From Octopus sinensis (Eukaryota), in the NCBI RefSeq assembly GCF_006345805.1, contig NC_043016.1, positions 21,080,001 to 21,144,000 on the forward strand: DNA of 64,000 nt, in the 5' to 3' direction. Below are positions 48,101 to 63,100 of this stretch, one piece after another (within the stretch, counting starts at the first letter, position 1; each line of letters opens with the position of its first letter). Under the pieces are notes generated by a model that saw nothing but the letters and a program-made list of their open reading frames with translations, had not been told where the DNA came from and ran no database searches. A program made the position numbers and the translations under genes.

Positions 48101-51100
48101 CTGAGATGCTTAAAATATCTGGAGTTGGATATGACCTGGTCACCTGTATAGTTAATCAGATTGTGCATGAGGGAGTCATACCCAATGATTGATGTAGCAG
48201 CATTATAGTCAACTGTGCAAAGGTGATCCCTTAGACAGAAATAATTACAGGAACATCAACTTGCTGGACCAGTTAATGAATGTTGCAGAAAAAGTCATAG
48301 CTCAATTAGAGAATTAGCAAAGATGAGATGCAGTTTGTATTTGTGACAGAGAGAAACACCACTGATGATGTCTTCCTGGTGAGGTAACTGCAGGAGAAAA
48401 ATATACCTCTGTATCCGGCTTTTGATGCCTTGGAGAAAGCCTTTGATAGGGTTCTCTGCTCCCTTATCTTGTGGGCAATGCAGCAGTTATGGATATGTGA
48501 GTGGTAATTGAGAGCTGTGCAGGCCATGTACAGGAATGCTGTTAGTAAAGCAAGTCAACTATGAGGAGTTTAGCATGCAAGTACCGTAAATCCTCAAGTA
48601 TAATACGCAGGGGATTTTTAGGGGACTGTACCGCTGTAAAACCTAAACCTTGTGTATAATACGCACCCCTTCTAAAACTTGAGTCAAGGAGGTCTATATG
48701 ACGTCTTGGTTTGTAAAAATGTATATGGTAATGTCCTTTATCATTGTTGTATATATAATATAATGCAAACGTGTAGCTTTTTTGTGCCTTTTGTTTGCAG
48801 AAAATAAAGAAATAACAGTCATAATGTTTAATAAATGTTGCTTACTGCAAGTTATGGACGATTCTTTTATGACTTCATTGCTTTCAGGTTTAGCTTAAGG
48901 TATTTTTGCGTCTGAATGAATGAACATTGCCAGGCAGCAAATAGAGACTCGGACATTGCTTAGAAAATAATTTTCATTTTTAACCTTGTATAAAGATTTC
49001 TTTACTACCCACAAGGGGCTAAACACAGAGGGGACAAACAAGGACAGACAAAGGGATTAAGTCGATTACATCGACCCCAGTGCGAAACTGGTACTTTATT
49101 TATCAACCCTGAAAGAATGAAAGGCAAAGTCGACCTCGGCGGAATATGCGCTCAGAACGTAATGAGACAAAATACCGCTAAGCATTTCACCCGGCGCACA
49201 AACGTTTCTGCCAGCTTGCCACCTCGTATATAGCTAACCTTGTATATAGTATGCATTAGGGATTTTGACCTTTAAATTTTGGGGAAAACATGTGAATTAT
49301 ACTTGAGGATTTACAATAGGAGTCCACCAGGATTTAGTTCTCCCTCCCACACACACACATACACATCTATCATGGTTCTTCAAGCTATTACTGCGGTATT
49401 TAAGACTGGCAATCTTTGGGAGCTTCTCTATGCAGATGACCCTGTTCTTATTGCTGAATCACTACCAGAGCTAAAGAAATTCCAGGTATAGCAGCATGGA
49501 CTGGAATCAAAGGTTCCTTAAGAGTTAATTTAGCAACAACCAAAGTAATAAGTAATAAAAAAGACAGATCACGGATCTCTTCAAGAAGGTGGCTCTGCTT
49601 GATATGTAGAAAGGGTGTCAAGAGAAACTATAAGATGTACCCAGTGCGAGTTATGGATACACAAGAGGTGCGGCAGTATCACTAGAAGACTAACAGAAAA
49701 AGTAAGTCTTTACATGTCGCAGATGTGCAGGTGCGTTAAACACCAGGAATGTACATAAAATAGATTCCCTTAAATGTCAGTAGGGATCCTTAAGAAGTAG
49801 CAGATAGTTTCCATTACTTAGGTGACCAAGTTAGTGGTGGGGGAGGTTGTTCCAAGAGCATAGCTACTAAAATAATAGGTTGGGTGAAGTTCTGAGATCT
49901 ACTAACTCTGTTAGTAATGATGGGCCTCTCCTATAGAGTGAAAGGCAGATTGTATGATGCCTTTGTATGAACAACTATGCTACATGGTAGTGAGACATAG
50001 GCTGTGACTACTGAGGATATGCAAAGGCTTGAAAGAAATGAAGCCAGTATTCTCTGTAGGACAGGTAATAGCAGTGTGCATATGCAACAGTGTAAGTATT
50101 TTAAGAATAAATCTGAGTATACGAGGTATCAGATGTAACATGCTACAGGGAAGACTGTGCTGGTATGGCCATGTAATGTGCATGAATAAAGGCGGTTGCA
50201 TCAAGAGGTGCTTGTCTCTAATTGTAGAGGGAGGGTGTGAGTTGAAATGATGAGAAAGGATCTACAGATGTTGGAATTCACAGAGGGGATGACAAGGGAC
50301 CAAGACACCTGGTAGTTAGCTATGCTTGAAAAGATATGTCAAGCTAAGTAAAAGCATGAGTGTCCTTGCATACAGCCTTGTCCCCAGCATCCCTCTTCAG
50401 CTGAGCATTCCTAATCTTGTAATTTTCACAATAGAATTCCCTGGGAGACCTTCAGTATAGTACTCACATAAGTTGGATTTTCTTTTGTTTTGATGGGAAT
50501 TTTTCAAATTTTTTTTTTCACCCTGCTCTTGCAAATGAAAGCTTTTTATGAAAAATTTATGAATCCTCCTCCACATTGGGATTGATTTTGTCCAATTTTT
50601 TTGCTCTATGCATTTCAAAACTCGTTATTGAAAATTTATGAATTTTTTCAAACCTACCTCCCCCACTCAGTGCCAATTTTGGCCAATGCGTTTTTCTGCA
50701 CTATACACTTGGAGCCTTGAAAAAAAAAGTTCAGAAATCAACAATCACCATTATAATCCCCAATTCAATAGTGAAATTTTAAAAGTGATTCTCCCCACTT
50801 CCACTCCAATTCTAAAATTTCAGCTATTTTTCCAAATTAATTTTTACTCAGTTTTAAAATACAGTCTGAATCTGAAATTTGTTTCTGTTTATAATTTCAA
50901 AAAAATTTTCATACAAAAAGGTATGATTTCAGGGAGAATTACTACAATTATCAATGATTGCTACCTAGCAGTAGAAGAACAGCAAAATTTATGTACTTTT
51001 ATGAAAGGAATACCTTACTTTTACAAACTCAATATCTTGAATTTATTTTCAGAGTGTTGTCTTGTTAGATTCTTGTTTTTCTAAAAAGACATTTCTGTTT

Positions 51101-54100
51101 CTTTAAACTTATGCAGTTTTTGTTTTTTGTCTCTTAGTAAACAATGAAAAAGAGAAAATTGAACAAGAATTGGCTAGGATCAAATTACAGTCAAGTAAAG
51201 ATGCGAAACAACATGAAGAAGAGTGTCAAAAACTTCGTATTCAAAATGAAAAGTTGCAAGAGCAAAAAAGGAAGACTGAAGATAACTTAAATCAGAAGAT
51301 TGATCAACTCTCGAATCAAATCAAGAACAACAAGGTGAAATATCAGAAAATTATTGAGGTCAGTTATCATCTACTATAATTCCATTCATATTTAGAATGC
51401 TTTATAGGATTAGATCGACTCCAGTAGTTCTTAACTGGTACTTTATTGATTCAGGTAGAATGAAAGGCAGTGTTGACTGCAACTTTTGAATCTAGTACAT
51501 AAAGACCATAGGTAACTGTCACAAACATTTTGTTTGTTCTTATAACTCTACCAAGCAACTACTTTACAGTTCTGGTTAATTTTGATATTTTCTACCAAAC
51601 AAATTAAGATAGCCATAAAGTAACCAAAAGTCAGTTTGTATATAACTAGCAGTTATAGACAATCTTTCTTTTTCCTTTTGATTTAGATAATTTATATATT
51701 TTTATGTCACTTTTCTGTTATGCCAAACTTTGAAAATTTATCTTCATATTCAGTTAAGAATATTTTAATTCACATGTTATTTAATTTGCTAGCATGGATG
51801 TATTTGAGGCAAGCTTTTACAGCTGGATGCTTTTCCTGCTATCAACCTTTGTTTTAGAAGGAAGGGATTTCTTATTTCACAGGGTTTTGAAAATGCAGAG
51901 TGATTGATCATGATGTCAACAAGGACTATAAATATATTTTTGCTCATGAAATATCAACATTCAGTAACACACACACATTTATGTATGGACAAGCTACTTA
52001 GTTTTTGTCTACTAAACATACACTCAGCATTTGTCAGCCTGGTTCTATTGTAGAAGATACTTACTCAAAATATTTCACAACCATGCCTGCACTTATAATT
52101 ACTAAAGTTTAACGGCTTGATGACAGAAGAGTGGATACATTTTAAAATCAATTTGGTTACTGTATTACTGATTTCTTTTGATTAAGCTCAAATTAGGCCT
52201 CTGATTTATGTATGCATTGTGCCTTTTACAACATTCTGTTCAAATGAAATAAACTAGTTACATAGTTACTAATGGAAATTAAAAGGAAATTGTAGTAGGT
52301 AGCTGTGAGCTTAATTCATCTATTATACTTGACTAGTCTGCTGTATGTTATTAACAATAGTTAATTATCAATGAAAAGGACCAAATGGTATGGTTTAAGT
52401 TTAGATCTGAATGTAGTAATGTCAGTTTTCATTCTTAAAACTCTATTACTGAAGCATTGTGCTAAAAATATACTATAAAATATTTTTTCTTTTTCCTTAT
52501 TAGGAGAATAACACTTTAAAGAGAACTCCTCCCAGACCTGTGTAAGTTACTGTTAACATTTGTACAAAAGTTTTAAACACAGCTGTAATTGTTTTACTTG
52601 ATACTCAAAACATTGAGAAAATGGATATAATTGAAATAAATTAAAAGAAAATTTATTAGCCAGGTATTTAACTATAGTTAGCAGTTCTGAATAAAGCACT
52701 AAAGTTTCCACACAATAGACTGAATTGTGAATATTTGCTATTTTTTAATCAAAATTTGTATTTTTAAATAATTTTGAGACTTTTATTAGATTCAAGACGT
52801 CATGGAAACCACAAATTAGACATTGTGAAAAATATTCTAATAGCATTTTTAATTTACATATGGATAAACTAAAAGTATTATTCACAAATATTTATGAACA
52901 ATTGTTTATAAATTTTTGTAGTCTATTTATTTATTGATTGATTTCTTACTTATAAAGTGTTAACATGGAGAAGATTGCTTTCAGTCAAGATTTACGCTAT
53001 TGGTTTATTGCTTCATTCAAAGTATTAGTTGTTAAACAATTTTCCTAAAGTAATTTATCTTTTAAATTCACTTTTTTTTTTTTGTACATCTCTCTGTTTG
53101 TAACTGTATTTTACTTGATTGTTTTTAGTGTTGATAATTCAGAAGAGAAGAAATTAGAACAAAAAGTTCATATTTTGGAAGAAGAACTTGATAAAAACAC
53201 AAGAAGGCTCGAAATTTCTGAGAAATATAAAGCTAAATCTGAACTGAAAATAAAGGAACTACTTGAGAAAGTAAGAAATAATATTTAAGAAACATTCAAA
53301 TACAACTTTGAAAGATTTGATAATGGTTTTCAGTAATTAAGCATGGATGCATGGATAATATCAAATACTGAGATGTTTAAAAAAATTTTTTGTATAACTT
53401 AGCTTTGCTATAATGGTAAAAAAGAATGCAGGTTAACATTCAAACCAGAGTAAACTGAGAAAAATTTACCTTACTGGTTATTAAAGCACTCATTATTGAT
53501 AGTATCATAAGATAATGATATACACAGATGTTGTAGTGTTGGCATATTGCAGAGACTGAAGTTCAAATCTTGAAGGAAATCAAGGAAAAACCAAACTATG
53601 AAATATCATCTTGCAAATTGAAATACTTTTCTAATTATTTCTGCTAAGATCCCTTCAGTTATGTAAAGCTCTTGCAAGGAATTTTTTTCTGTACTACTTA
53701 CTAGCTATCACCCCTGCCAATAAATGCAACCACCAAAAAATTAGTTATTGTAATTTTTTGTTTTTTAATAGTTTGCTTGATTGATATTATTGTGTATAAT
53801 CATTAGTACTTTAGGCTATTGAAACTATGAACTGTAAACATTTTAGCTAATTACTAAGCAGAATGAATATGCTTTTATCAACTTAAATATATGCTAATTG
53901 TATAAACATACTTTGCAAAATGTAATCATTTGACACAAAAACAAAATGCAATAAGCGTAATTGCATTTTGTTTTTTCTGATGCTTCAGGCATAAGCGATA
54001 CTTTTATTTTGCTTTTCCTCTAACTCTTTTTCTCTTTATTTTCTACTGAAAGGCATAGAAACAAGGTTTAAGAAACTAAAATGATCTAAGCTACAATTTG

Positions 54101-57100
54101 GCCACATTTACAAATGTTCATATATATACAATATATGAAATGAGGCTGCTTATTTGAAAGTATTTCTGCTTTCTATGGTGGCATGGGCTGGATGTATCAG
54201 TCTGGCTCTTATTTGAAGTTACTACACTCTTAGACAGACTGTCTTACACATTTCACTTTTTATTTGGTTTCTGTCACTGGATGCATTTTATCATGGTATC
54301 AATACTAGAGACTGTCATATCCTCAACAAGGGTTTTCTTGAGCCTATGTTGTCTCATCTTGTTCATCAACCATTTTATAGTGTTGTGGCTACATTTTATG
54401 GCACTATTATTAGTGAGGTAACTCAGCTTGTGCAGTACTGTTTACAGTTTAATCAAGTATAGCTACAAAAGCAATATGCAATAGGACACTAAAAGTATAA
54501 GAATTAAGTATAGCGCATATACATTATCACTCTGGTAACTTGTGTTAGATATAGGGAAATCCTTTATATAGTAATAAAGATAATGAGCTGTGTGCATTGC
54601 TCAGTGGTTAGGGCATTGTGCTCACAATCATGAGGTAGTAAGTTCAATTCCTGGACTGGGCTGTGTGTTGTGTTCTTGAGCAAGACACTATTTCGCATTG
54701 CTCCAGTTCATTCAGCTGTAAATATAAGTTGCAACATCACTGGTACCAAGCTGTATTGGCCTTTGCCCTTCTCTTGGGTAACATTGGTGGTGTGGGGAGG
54801 CTGGTATGCAAGGGTGACTGCTGATCTTCCATAATCAACCTTACCTAAACTTGTACCTGGAGAACTTTCTAGGTGCAATACCATGGTCTTTCATGAACAA
54901 AGGGAGTCATTATAAGCTGTGTACAAAGTATTTTCTAGTTTGAGATGAACCAAGCATTTTTTTAAATAACTAAAAATTTGTCTATATCTTAGTGCTATAC
55001 AATTGCAACACAGTTTTTAATACTGAAGCTAACTGTTTTCTAAGAATGAGGATAACTATATCTTGCACTAGTAGTGCAAAATGCATTCAGATACTGACCA
55101 CATATATAAAGAAATAGTCCCCATTGATTTAATTTAATTTTTGGTAAATGCATTGTTAAATGTTTCAGGAGGGATGTTTGCACATTGAATGTAGCTTTGT
55201 ATCATTTATTCAATCATTTGAGTGCATCCTTTTTAAAGTACTTAATATAAATGTATAATTTTACCTCCAGATGAAGAATGAAACAAATGCAAAGAGAATG
55301 AAAGAAGTTCAAATGTCTCTTAAAAATTTGCAAAATGATAACTCAAGATTAAGTGTAGAAAATAGCAAACTCAATGATGCTTTAACTCAGGCTGAAAAAC
55401 AGTGTGCTTCATTCAATATTCAGTTGAAAAACCTGTATAAAGAAATAGAAAATAAGGTAAATAAACTTTTTTATTTTTATATATTTTTTCTGAACGTTGC
55501 TTCTTTAAGCTGACATAAATTCTCTATTTTTAAGAATTCCAAATTTTGAAAGATAACTTGAGCTAGTTTTCTTAATATATACTCTTTTCAAAAATATTAA
55601 ACTGATATTTAGGACTGTAAACTTGCATCTTATTTAATCTTCAAATTTCAGAAATGAAACTAATTTCTAGTTTTTCCTTTTTCCTAATTAGGATGCTGAC
55701 TACAATGAAAAAATTAAAGAAGTTGAAAAAGAACTAAAGGTAATTATATTGCATTTACTGTCATAGTTTCCTGAGAACTGATAGGGCTTATTGTTTTATT
55801 GAGTGCAACATAATGCTAGAAGAATCTAGTTGATATAGACAGAAAAAAACAATTGGAAAAGCTTACCTGAAGGTATTTCACTAGTTGCTTACATGTTGAG
55901 AACTGTAAAGTGCATCCTCTTGTGAAAAAATGCCAGCTAAAAGTCATTGAATGATTTATAGACATGTGATTTATAAAAATTGGGTAAAAGACAATGAGTA
56001 AAGCATGACAGCAAGGTATGGTGTAGGTTTTTGAAGGACGGTTTGTGGAAATACTGAAATCTTTGTTTCAGCACTACAAAAGTAATTCATTTAATTAATC
56101 ATTTTGCAGAAAGGTATTCCTAATGAATAACACAGTTGTGGCATTATTCAAAAACTGCTCCAGATGAAACTGGATTGCATAGAGACTATAGCAAAGGATT
56201 CAAGTTAGTAGATCCAAATGGTAAAGGTAGAAATTTATAAAATTAGCACTGGAGAAAGTTTTGCAAAACAGTGCTTTGGTTTTTATCAAGACATGAAATC
56301 ACAAACAATATTTCTGGAGAGATAACAACAAGAATAATTTGACAAACATATCATGTACAAGGATGCTTGAAGTGTGAAATTTTCATTACACCAAAACTGA
56401 GTAGAAACTTGGTATAGCTTTGCTAATGCAATCAGTCATTACTTGAAAAATAGACTTCATGGAATACAGACTTTATGTATTGCAACGAATATAAAAAAAA
56501 AATTAAATATTCAATTATTACTCTTGTACAGTTAAAATTTAGTTGGTTTAAAATTAAGAAACTGAAAATTTATAATCATGCGTACTCACTTGTGTATAAA
56601 CTATCTTATTCACTCAGTCACTTTGAATGAACATATATCGTCGTTTACTTTGTTTTTGTCAACTTGTTGCATCATCATTCTTTAAATGTATTGCATCTTC
56701 AACTACAATGTTTTCTTGAAATATGTTCCTTATAGTTAGTTAAAAAGGAAAATAACCGTTTGCTGGAAACAAGTATGCACCTGAGTAATCCTCTAACAAT
56801 TGAGGCATCCCTTGAACACAAAGAACCAGCTGGTGCCCCAAATGGCGATGTTCAAGAGGAAAAATTTACTTGCACCAAAATTTCACTTATTGAACATGAG
56901 CGAATGTAAGTACAAGACAGTGGATTTTCTTACTAAATGCTTTTATTTTTTGGGGGAGTGGGGTCAAAATTTCTGCTTTGATATAATCGGGTTGTTTCTT
57001 TTTCACACAGTGGATATGATTTGAGGGAGATTTGGCTGCTACTTCTAGCAGTTGATTGTAAAGGCTCTTCTTGGTTTATTCTACTTTATAAGCAACATTG

Positions 57101-60100
57101 AAAGTGACAAATCATTAACACAAAAGCTTTTTATTAATTTTTTTTTTTAAGTATAAGTGGAAAATTGTCTTTTCACAGTAATAAAAGCAGTTTGGTTTCT
57201 ATATTGCATGCACTTTTTCTTGGCAAATTAGTTCAAAAATAAAATATCCAAGATATTTTGGATAAAAGCCAGGTCTGTTGTAATTTTTTTAACATTCATT
57301 GTTCATTTCCTGCAGATGTTAGACAGGTCTGCTATGTCATATATCATCACTTATTGCAATCCTTTCTCATTGCATTCAAGATTTGTCCTCACCCTTCTTG
57401 CTATATGTTCTTTGGTTCCCCTCTACTACAAATACTTTCTGTCATCAGAACATGATTCTTCTTTCCTCAGTATCCATTCTCCATGCATATGACCATACCA
57501 GTTTAGTGTCATTTATGCACACTTCAGCTTATACTTTTAATGCTTAGCCTCCAGCTCAAATGCATTATTTTTTTATGAAAGTTACATAGAACATCCAGTT
57601 AATCATAACTTGTCCAACATCTGAATATCTTTGTTATTCAGTGCTCATTTTTCACTAAGTTTGCATTCTATTAATAATTGGAACATTGGTCTCAGGTATG
57701 CTGACTTTAGGCCTTAAGATTGTAAATCAAGTCTGAATTGTTATTTGAGAACTACAAATAAAAATGGTTATAAGAAGTCTTATTGAACACATGTATGCCA
57801 GATTTTTTAATGAACTTTTCTGTTAATTTTAACTTTACAACATTCATGTACGTTGTTTAATCAGTCCTTACAAATCACACATTTTCACCTAATTTTTTTA
57901 GCAACTCCAAGCTTTTGTGCCTTCTCCATGCAAAGTGTTATCTCTTCTCAAAACTAATATCGTTTTGTTTCATCATAGATATAACATCCATGGTTTTATG
58001 TACTGGTACTATATCTTAACTAAATTCCTGTTCAATCAATTTAAGGCTTTAAATCTCTCAAGGATGCCTTCTGAAAGGGGTATTTTGTATAAAAATTAAC
58101 TCTTAGCATCTTGTGTTGTGCTGTTTCATTAATTATCCTTGTAACAAGAAAAGCCAATCACGATTTTGTTACACTGTTCTTCTCATTGGCTAGCAGAGTG
58201 GACTGAGTGTATATATATATATATATATATATATAATCATGCCATTAGCCCTGGATGTTGTCTCAAATAAAGAGTCACTTATTTGTATTGGTTATTCTTT
58301 AAGTACATTTAATAACCTCAGAAGTGTAAGGAAATATTTTCAAAAATTGCTAAATGATAAAAAATTTAGCTTTGAAAAGTTACTCTACTATAAATAAATA
58401 TTAGAAAAAAATGTAACCACTACTAAATATTTTGTACATGTGTGTGTGTGTGTGTTTGTGTGTGTGCAGGGTACAGATGTGTGTGTAATTAAGTAACATT
58501 CTTTTTATTCAAGTTTAATTTTTTTTTAAATATAATTACAGTCTTGGAGAAAAGAATTCTGAAATAATGCAGCTAACTTCTGAATTATCTACTCATGAGA
58601 CTGAGACTACAGCCAGAGTAGAAGAGAAAGATAATGAAATCAGAGCCATAACATGTAAATTAAACAACAATGTTAAAGAAGTTGAAGAATTAAAAAAGGA
58701 AATTAAAGTCTGGCATGCTAAAAATGATGTGAGTAGGAAATTTTGTTTTATATTCAAAAAATAAATTTAGATATTAGATTTAACAGGAGATTAAAACAGG
58801 CTTACTGACAAGACTTGTTGGATTACTATCATCATCATCATCATCATCGTTTAGCGTCCGTTTTCCATGCTAGCATGGGTTGGACGGTTCTTCTGGGGTC
58901 TGTGAAGCCAGAAAGCTTCATCAGGCCCAGTCAAATCTGGCAGTGTTTCTACGGCTGGATGCCCTTCCTAACGCCAACCACTCCGTGAGTGTAGTGGGTG
59001 CTTTTTACGTGCCACCCGCACAGGTGCCAGACAGAGCTGGCAAACGGCCACGAACGGATGGTGCTTTTTATGTGCCACCGGCACGAGGGCCAGGCGAGGC
59101 TGGCAACGGACACGAACGGATGGTGCTTTATTATTATATATTACCTGGAAGTTTCAAATTAGGTATTTAAACCTATTTTTAACTATCTTTATCTCTACAA
59201 GGCAATTTATCAGTTACTTAGCATAATAGATTAGATTAAGTTCTATATAATGTATTCCAACAACTAACACAGCCAGGTACTTCATCTCAAGTGAAACATT
59301 TGAGAAGTAAATCCTTCAATTAAATGCACTGCTGTGAATCTTATGCTAACTGACTGTAGTGACATGTCTAGTTTTTAAATACAGTAATACCTCACTTTAC
59401 AAGGACCTACTTTACAAGATCCTGGGTATTCAAGGTTTATTTTTCAGCTCACTTTTATATGTTGAGCTGAAATTTTTCAACCACAAGGTCCAAGTTTTGA
59501 ACAAAGTGCTGAAGTTTCTGCTACTATAACAAATGCTTCTGCATGTTAGCAAGAAATTTATAGAGAGTGAAAGAAAGCTTCTAAGCAAACAACTCTAGAC
59601 TTGTTTTTTTTAAAAAGGAACCTACAAGCGATGGTGTGCGCAAGTCTAGTGAGAGTGAAAGTGATTCAGAAAACAATTGTGATAATACTTTTTATTATAA
59701 ATGAGCTTAACATTCTTTTTACTTTACATAAAATATTCTTTACACTCTGCTGTTGTTTTATTGCTATTTATTTATGAGTATTATAAATTTCTGGGAATGA
59801 ATTACAATTTATAACATTGCTGCAATGAGAAATTATTGCTCTGCTTTATGAGTGGCCTCTGGGAACAAATTAACTTGTATATTGAGACATTACTATGCTT
59901 TTAAGTACCTAATTTGAGAGGTCATCCAATAAACAAGATACTTGGTTCCAGTTCTTTCAGTGAACCTATTGCTCTATCTCAGCCTATTGCTTTGTGTCAG
60001 ATTGGTGCTATGTTTTATATTCTTTTTACATTGAAAATCTGTGTTAATCCATTAATAAGAAATATCATTGTTTGAAAACATACAGGAGGATTATCGCTCC

Positions 60101-63100
60101 CTCCCACAGTTTTAGGGTCTTTCGGTGAGCAACCATTGTTGCCCACGTTTTTCCTTTTTTCCCCTTTTTTTCTGGGGAGGTCTCTACCTCCTCGACTACC
60201 TCCTTCTCTCCCTCCAGAAGAGGAGTGGGGGCTCTTCCACAACCAACTGTTCCAGGATCCTACTCTGGTCCTGGGGACAGTTCTTTTTGATGTGGCCTAG
60301 TTCCAGGCACAGGTGACACTTGGTGAGGCATCCTTCAAGAATCACTGGGTACCTGCAACTGGCCATTTTTTAAAAATCTGGAAAAACAAGATTCTTGGCT
60401 GATTGGGTCCACAAGGTCAAAACAGCTTTTGACCCAGCCCAATCAGCCACTGGCAAAATTTAAATTTAAGCAGCTTGGATCCACTGCCACCCAGACCCCA
60501 GCAGATAGTGTCCTCTATCCACTCGGGTTCTATCCTGGGTGGCAACCCGCAGACCCAAGCTCTTGTTAACTTCTTCCCACTATACGTGGGAAGAAACAAA
60601 ATCTCTTTGTCCTCTAAGGGCTGGCTCGCAAATTTGTGAGCCTCCTCAGGGATGTCAAATAGCAACTACACCATTGCATATTTGACCCTGCTGGGGATGA
60701 ATTTAATAGTTGGCAAATATTCTGCCAACTCTTTTTCAATTTGAGTCTTTGAAAGTATAGCGACTTTGAGTAAGTCCTTAACACCACCATCCCCTCTTCA
60801 AAGTCTTTCATCCACTGTTTGGGTGAGACAATCTCCCACTCCAACACAGTGTTATTTGTCTTCTTTGCCATGTTTTTTTTTTTGAAAAAGTTCACAGAAT
60901 TTTTTAAAATGCATGAAGGGAGGAAGAAGACAAGAAACAATTCAAAAAACACAGCAAACTATTCTGGCAGTCCTGGTACTTCTGGCCAACTCGGTAATCC
61001 TCTTGGTAAGCGCACAAAATTGGTAAAAAAAAATACGCACTGCTAAGTGAGACTTTAAACACAACTACAGACAGACAAATGCGCAGAACCCAGTGGAGGT
61101 TTCTTGTTCGACAAAATAAATAAACACGAGCAACAAACCACCACTGAATCCCGAAAAAACAAATGTCTTGTAGTTGTGCTTCACTGGTTCGACAATTCAT
61201 GATGTTGGTGTACAACAATGTGACTCCTAGCAGTGCAAGGAAAACATTGACCAACACATGCGCTGGAAGCAAGCTTCTTACCACACAGCCATCTCTGTGC
61301 CTATATGGTTAATATATGATGTAAGTATGATTGTTATTTTAAACTATATTTCAGGATCTCAGAAAAAAGAACTGGAAAGCAATGGAAGCTTTAAATGAGT
61401 CTGAGAAATCTTCGGAACAGCAAATTGTTGATGCTGTACGTACTGCTGAAGTAAGTTGTATAAAATTTATCTTATATTGATTATTAGGTTTCAGTGAACA
61501 TATTCACAAAAGGTCATTTGTTTATAGGAATAACCTATGGGAAAATGCAAGACCAGTTCAATTTAACTATTTAATTTTTTTTGTTTTTAAATTTGGAAAT
61601 GTATTCAGTTTATTCTTTGAAATTCTTATCCAAAATAAATTCTGAAAATACTGCTAACAATCCTCATTTTGTTCTTCAGGTGCAGGCTGCTGATACTTTT
61701 TCACATGACAGAGCACTATTACAGAGTATCTTTCCAAGTATAACTGTTGATAACTCATTGGTAAGATATTGACTTGTGAATAGATTTAGTGAGTAGGAAA
61801 AGGATTCAGTTGTTTCATATATTTTCAAAGTTGAAAAATCAAATTCTAGTCTTAGATTGTAATAATGATTGAAAATAAAAATGTGGATGTTGCTAGGTTT
61901 CCAGGAAGGAGAAACGGATGTAAAAGAAATGTTACTTTCCACTGCACACTAAATCTTTATTTGTTTAACTTATCTATTTTCAGGAACATACAATTTGGAT
62001 GAAAACATTTGAACAAAAAGCTGTTGAATTTTTAAAATCTAAAGTAATTACTAAAATAATTTATTTTCTAAATAATTGTAAAGAAATGTAATATCTAAGC
62101 ATTCATAATTGCTATGTTAGAAAATCATTTTACAGTGCAAAATACTCATTTACATAACACATATTTATAGGCTGATGAACCAGTTTCTAATTTGAAAGAA
62201 ATGACAAAAAATGTAGAATTATTTGAAAAAAAGCTTGATGTGGCTATGAAGGAATCAACAGAATTAGCTGCCCAATTAAAATCAGAAAAAGATCTTCAAA
62301 TAAAAATATCTGATAAATTAAAAGAATCAGAAACTAAGGTAATTTTTGTTTTATTTTTCTTTACATTTTATATCAACAAATGTCTTAGAGAACTTAAATG
62401 TTTGGGCATATTCACTAAAATGCTCTTTGTGTATGCTTCTATGCACATGCACACACTTGTTTGGCAAAATACCCAAGACCTGATAGTTTTGTGGTGCCAC
62501 CTACATAACAAGCATATGATAATTCCTGGCAATACTAATTGCTAGGAATTGATATATTTAGTAGAATTGTTTGCAGACCAGACAAATTGTTTAGAGGCAT
62601 TTTTTCTAGCCCTTTGTTTTGATTTCAAATACCACCAATGTCAACTTTGCCTTTCATCCTTTTTGAATTAGGCATCATTCAAGTACTGTGGTTGAGGTAA
62701 TTGACAATCCACGTCCCATTTGTTGACCTTTGCCAAAAATATTCTTTTTCTGCCTTTTCTTTATTTGGAGGCTTTACTGGAATCTTCCAATTTTACAGTG
62801 AAGTTTATAAGGTGCTTAGGAAAAGTAAATTTTTTTTCTGCTGAAATTTTAAGAATATGTACAAAATGTTAATTCTAAGGCCAAATCAGCAGTCCATTAT
62901 AACTGAGTTTCTTGCCAAGTAGTTGTCAAATTAGTGAAGAGAAAATATTTTTGTTTCACTAGAAATTGAATTATTAAACTATCTTTAGTTTTCATGTGTA
63001 ATATATTTGCCAAACAATTTGAGCATATTCTATTGATATTTACCTTTTATTTTCAGTTTATAGAATTACAGTCAGCTTATGAAATAAAATTAGCAGAATT

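Noticed and set aside
53937-53975. 16-bp inverted repeat aaaaacaaaatgcaat / attgcattttgttttt
   Set aside because: Short and AT-rich, so it is expected by chance or as TE debris.
54585-54660. tRNA genes
   Set aside because: The A/B boxes here and at other SINE heads belong to SINEs. No complete cloverleaf was seen.
56736-56772. Shorter exon using the gtatgc donor at 56773
   Set aside because: It leaves a phase mismatch with exon 58542. The gtaagt donor at 56906 keeps the frame.
59380-59700. Tigger/pogo-like TIR start (tacagtaatacctcactttacaag)
   Set aside because: No matching opposite TIR or transposase was found.
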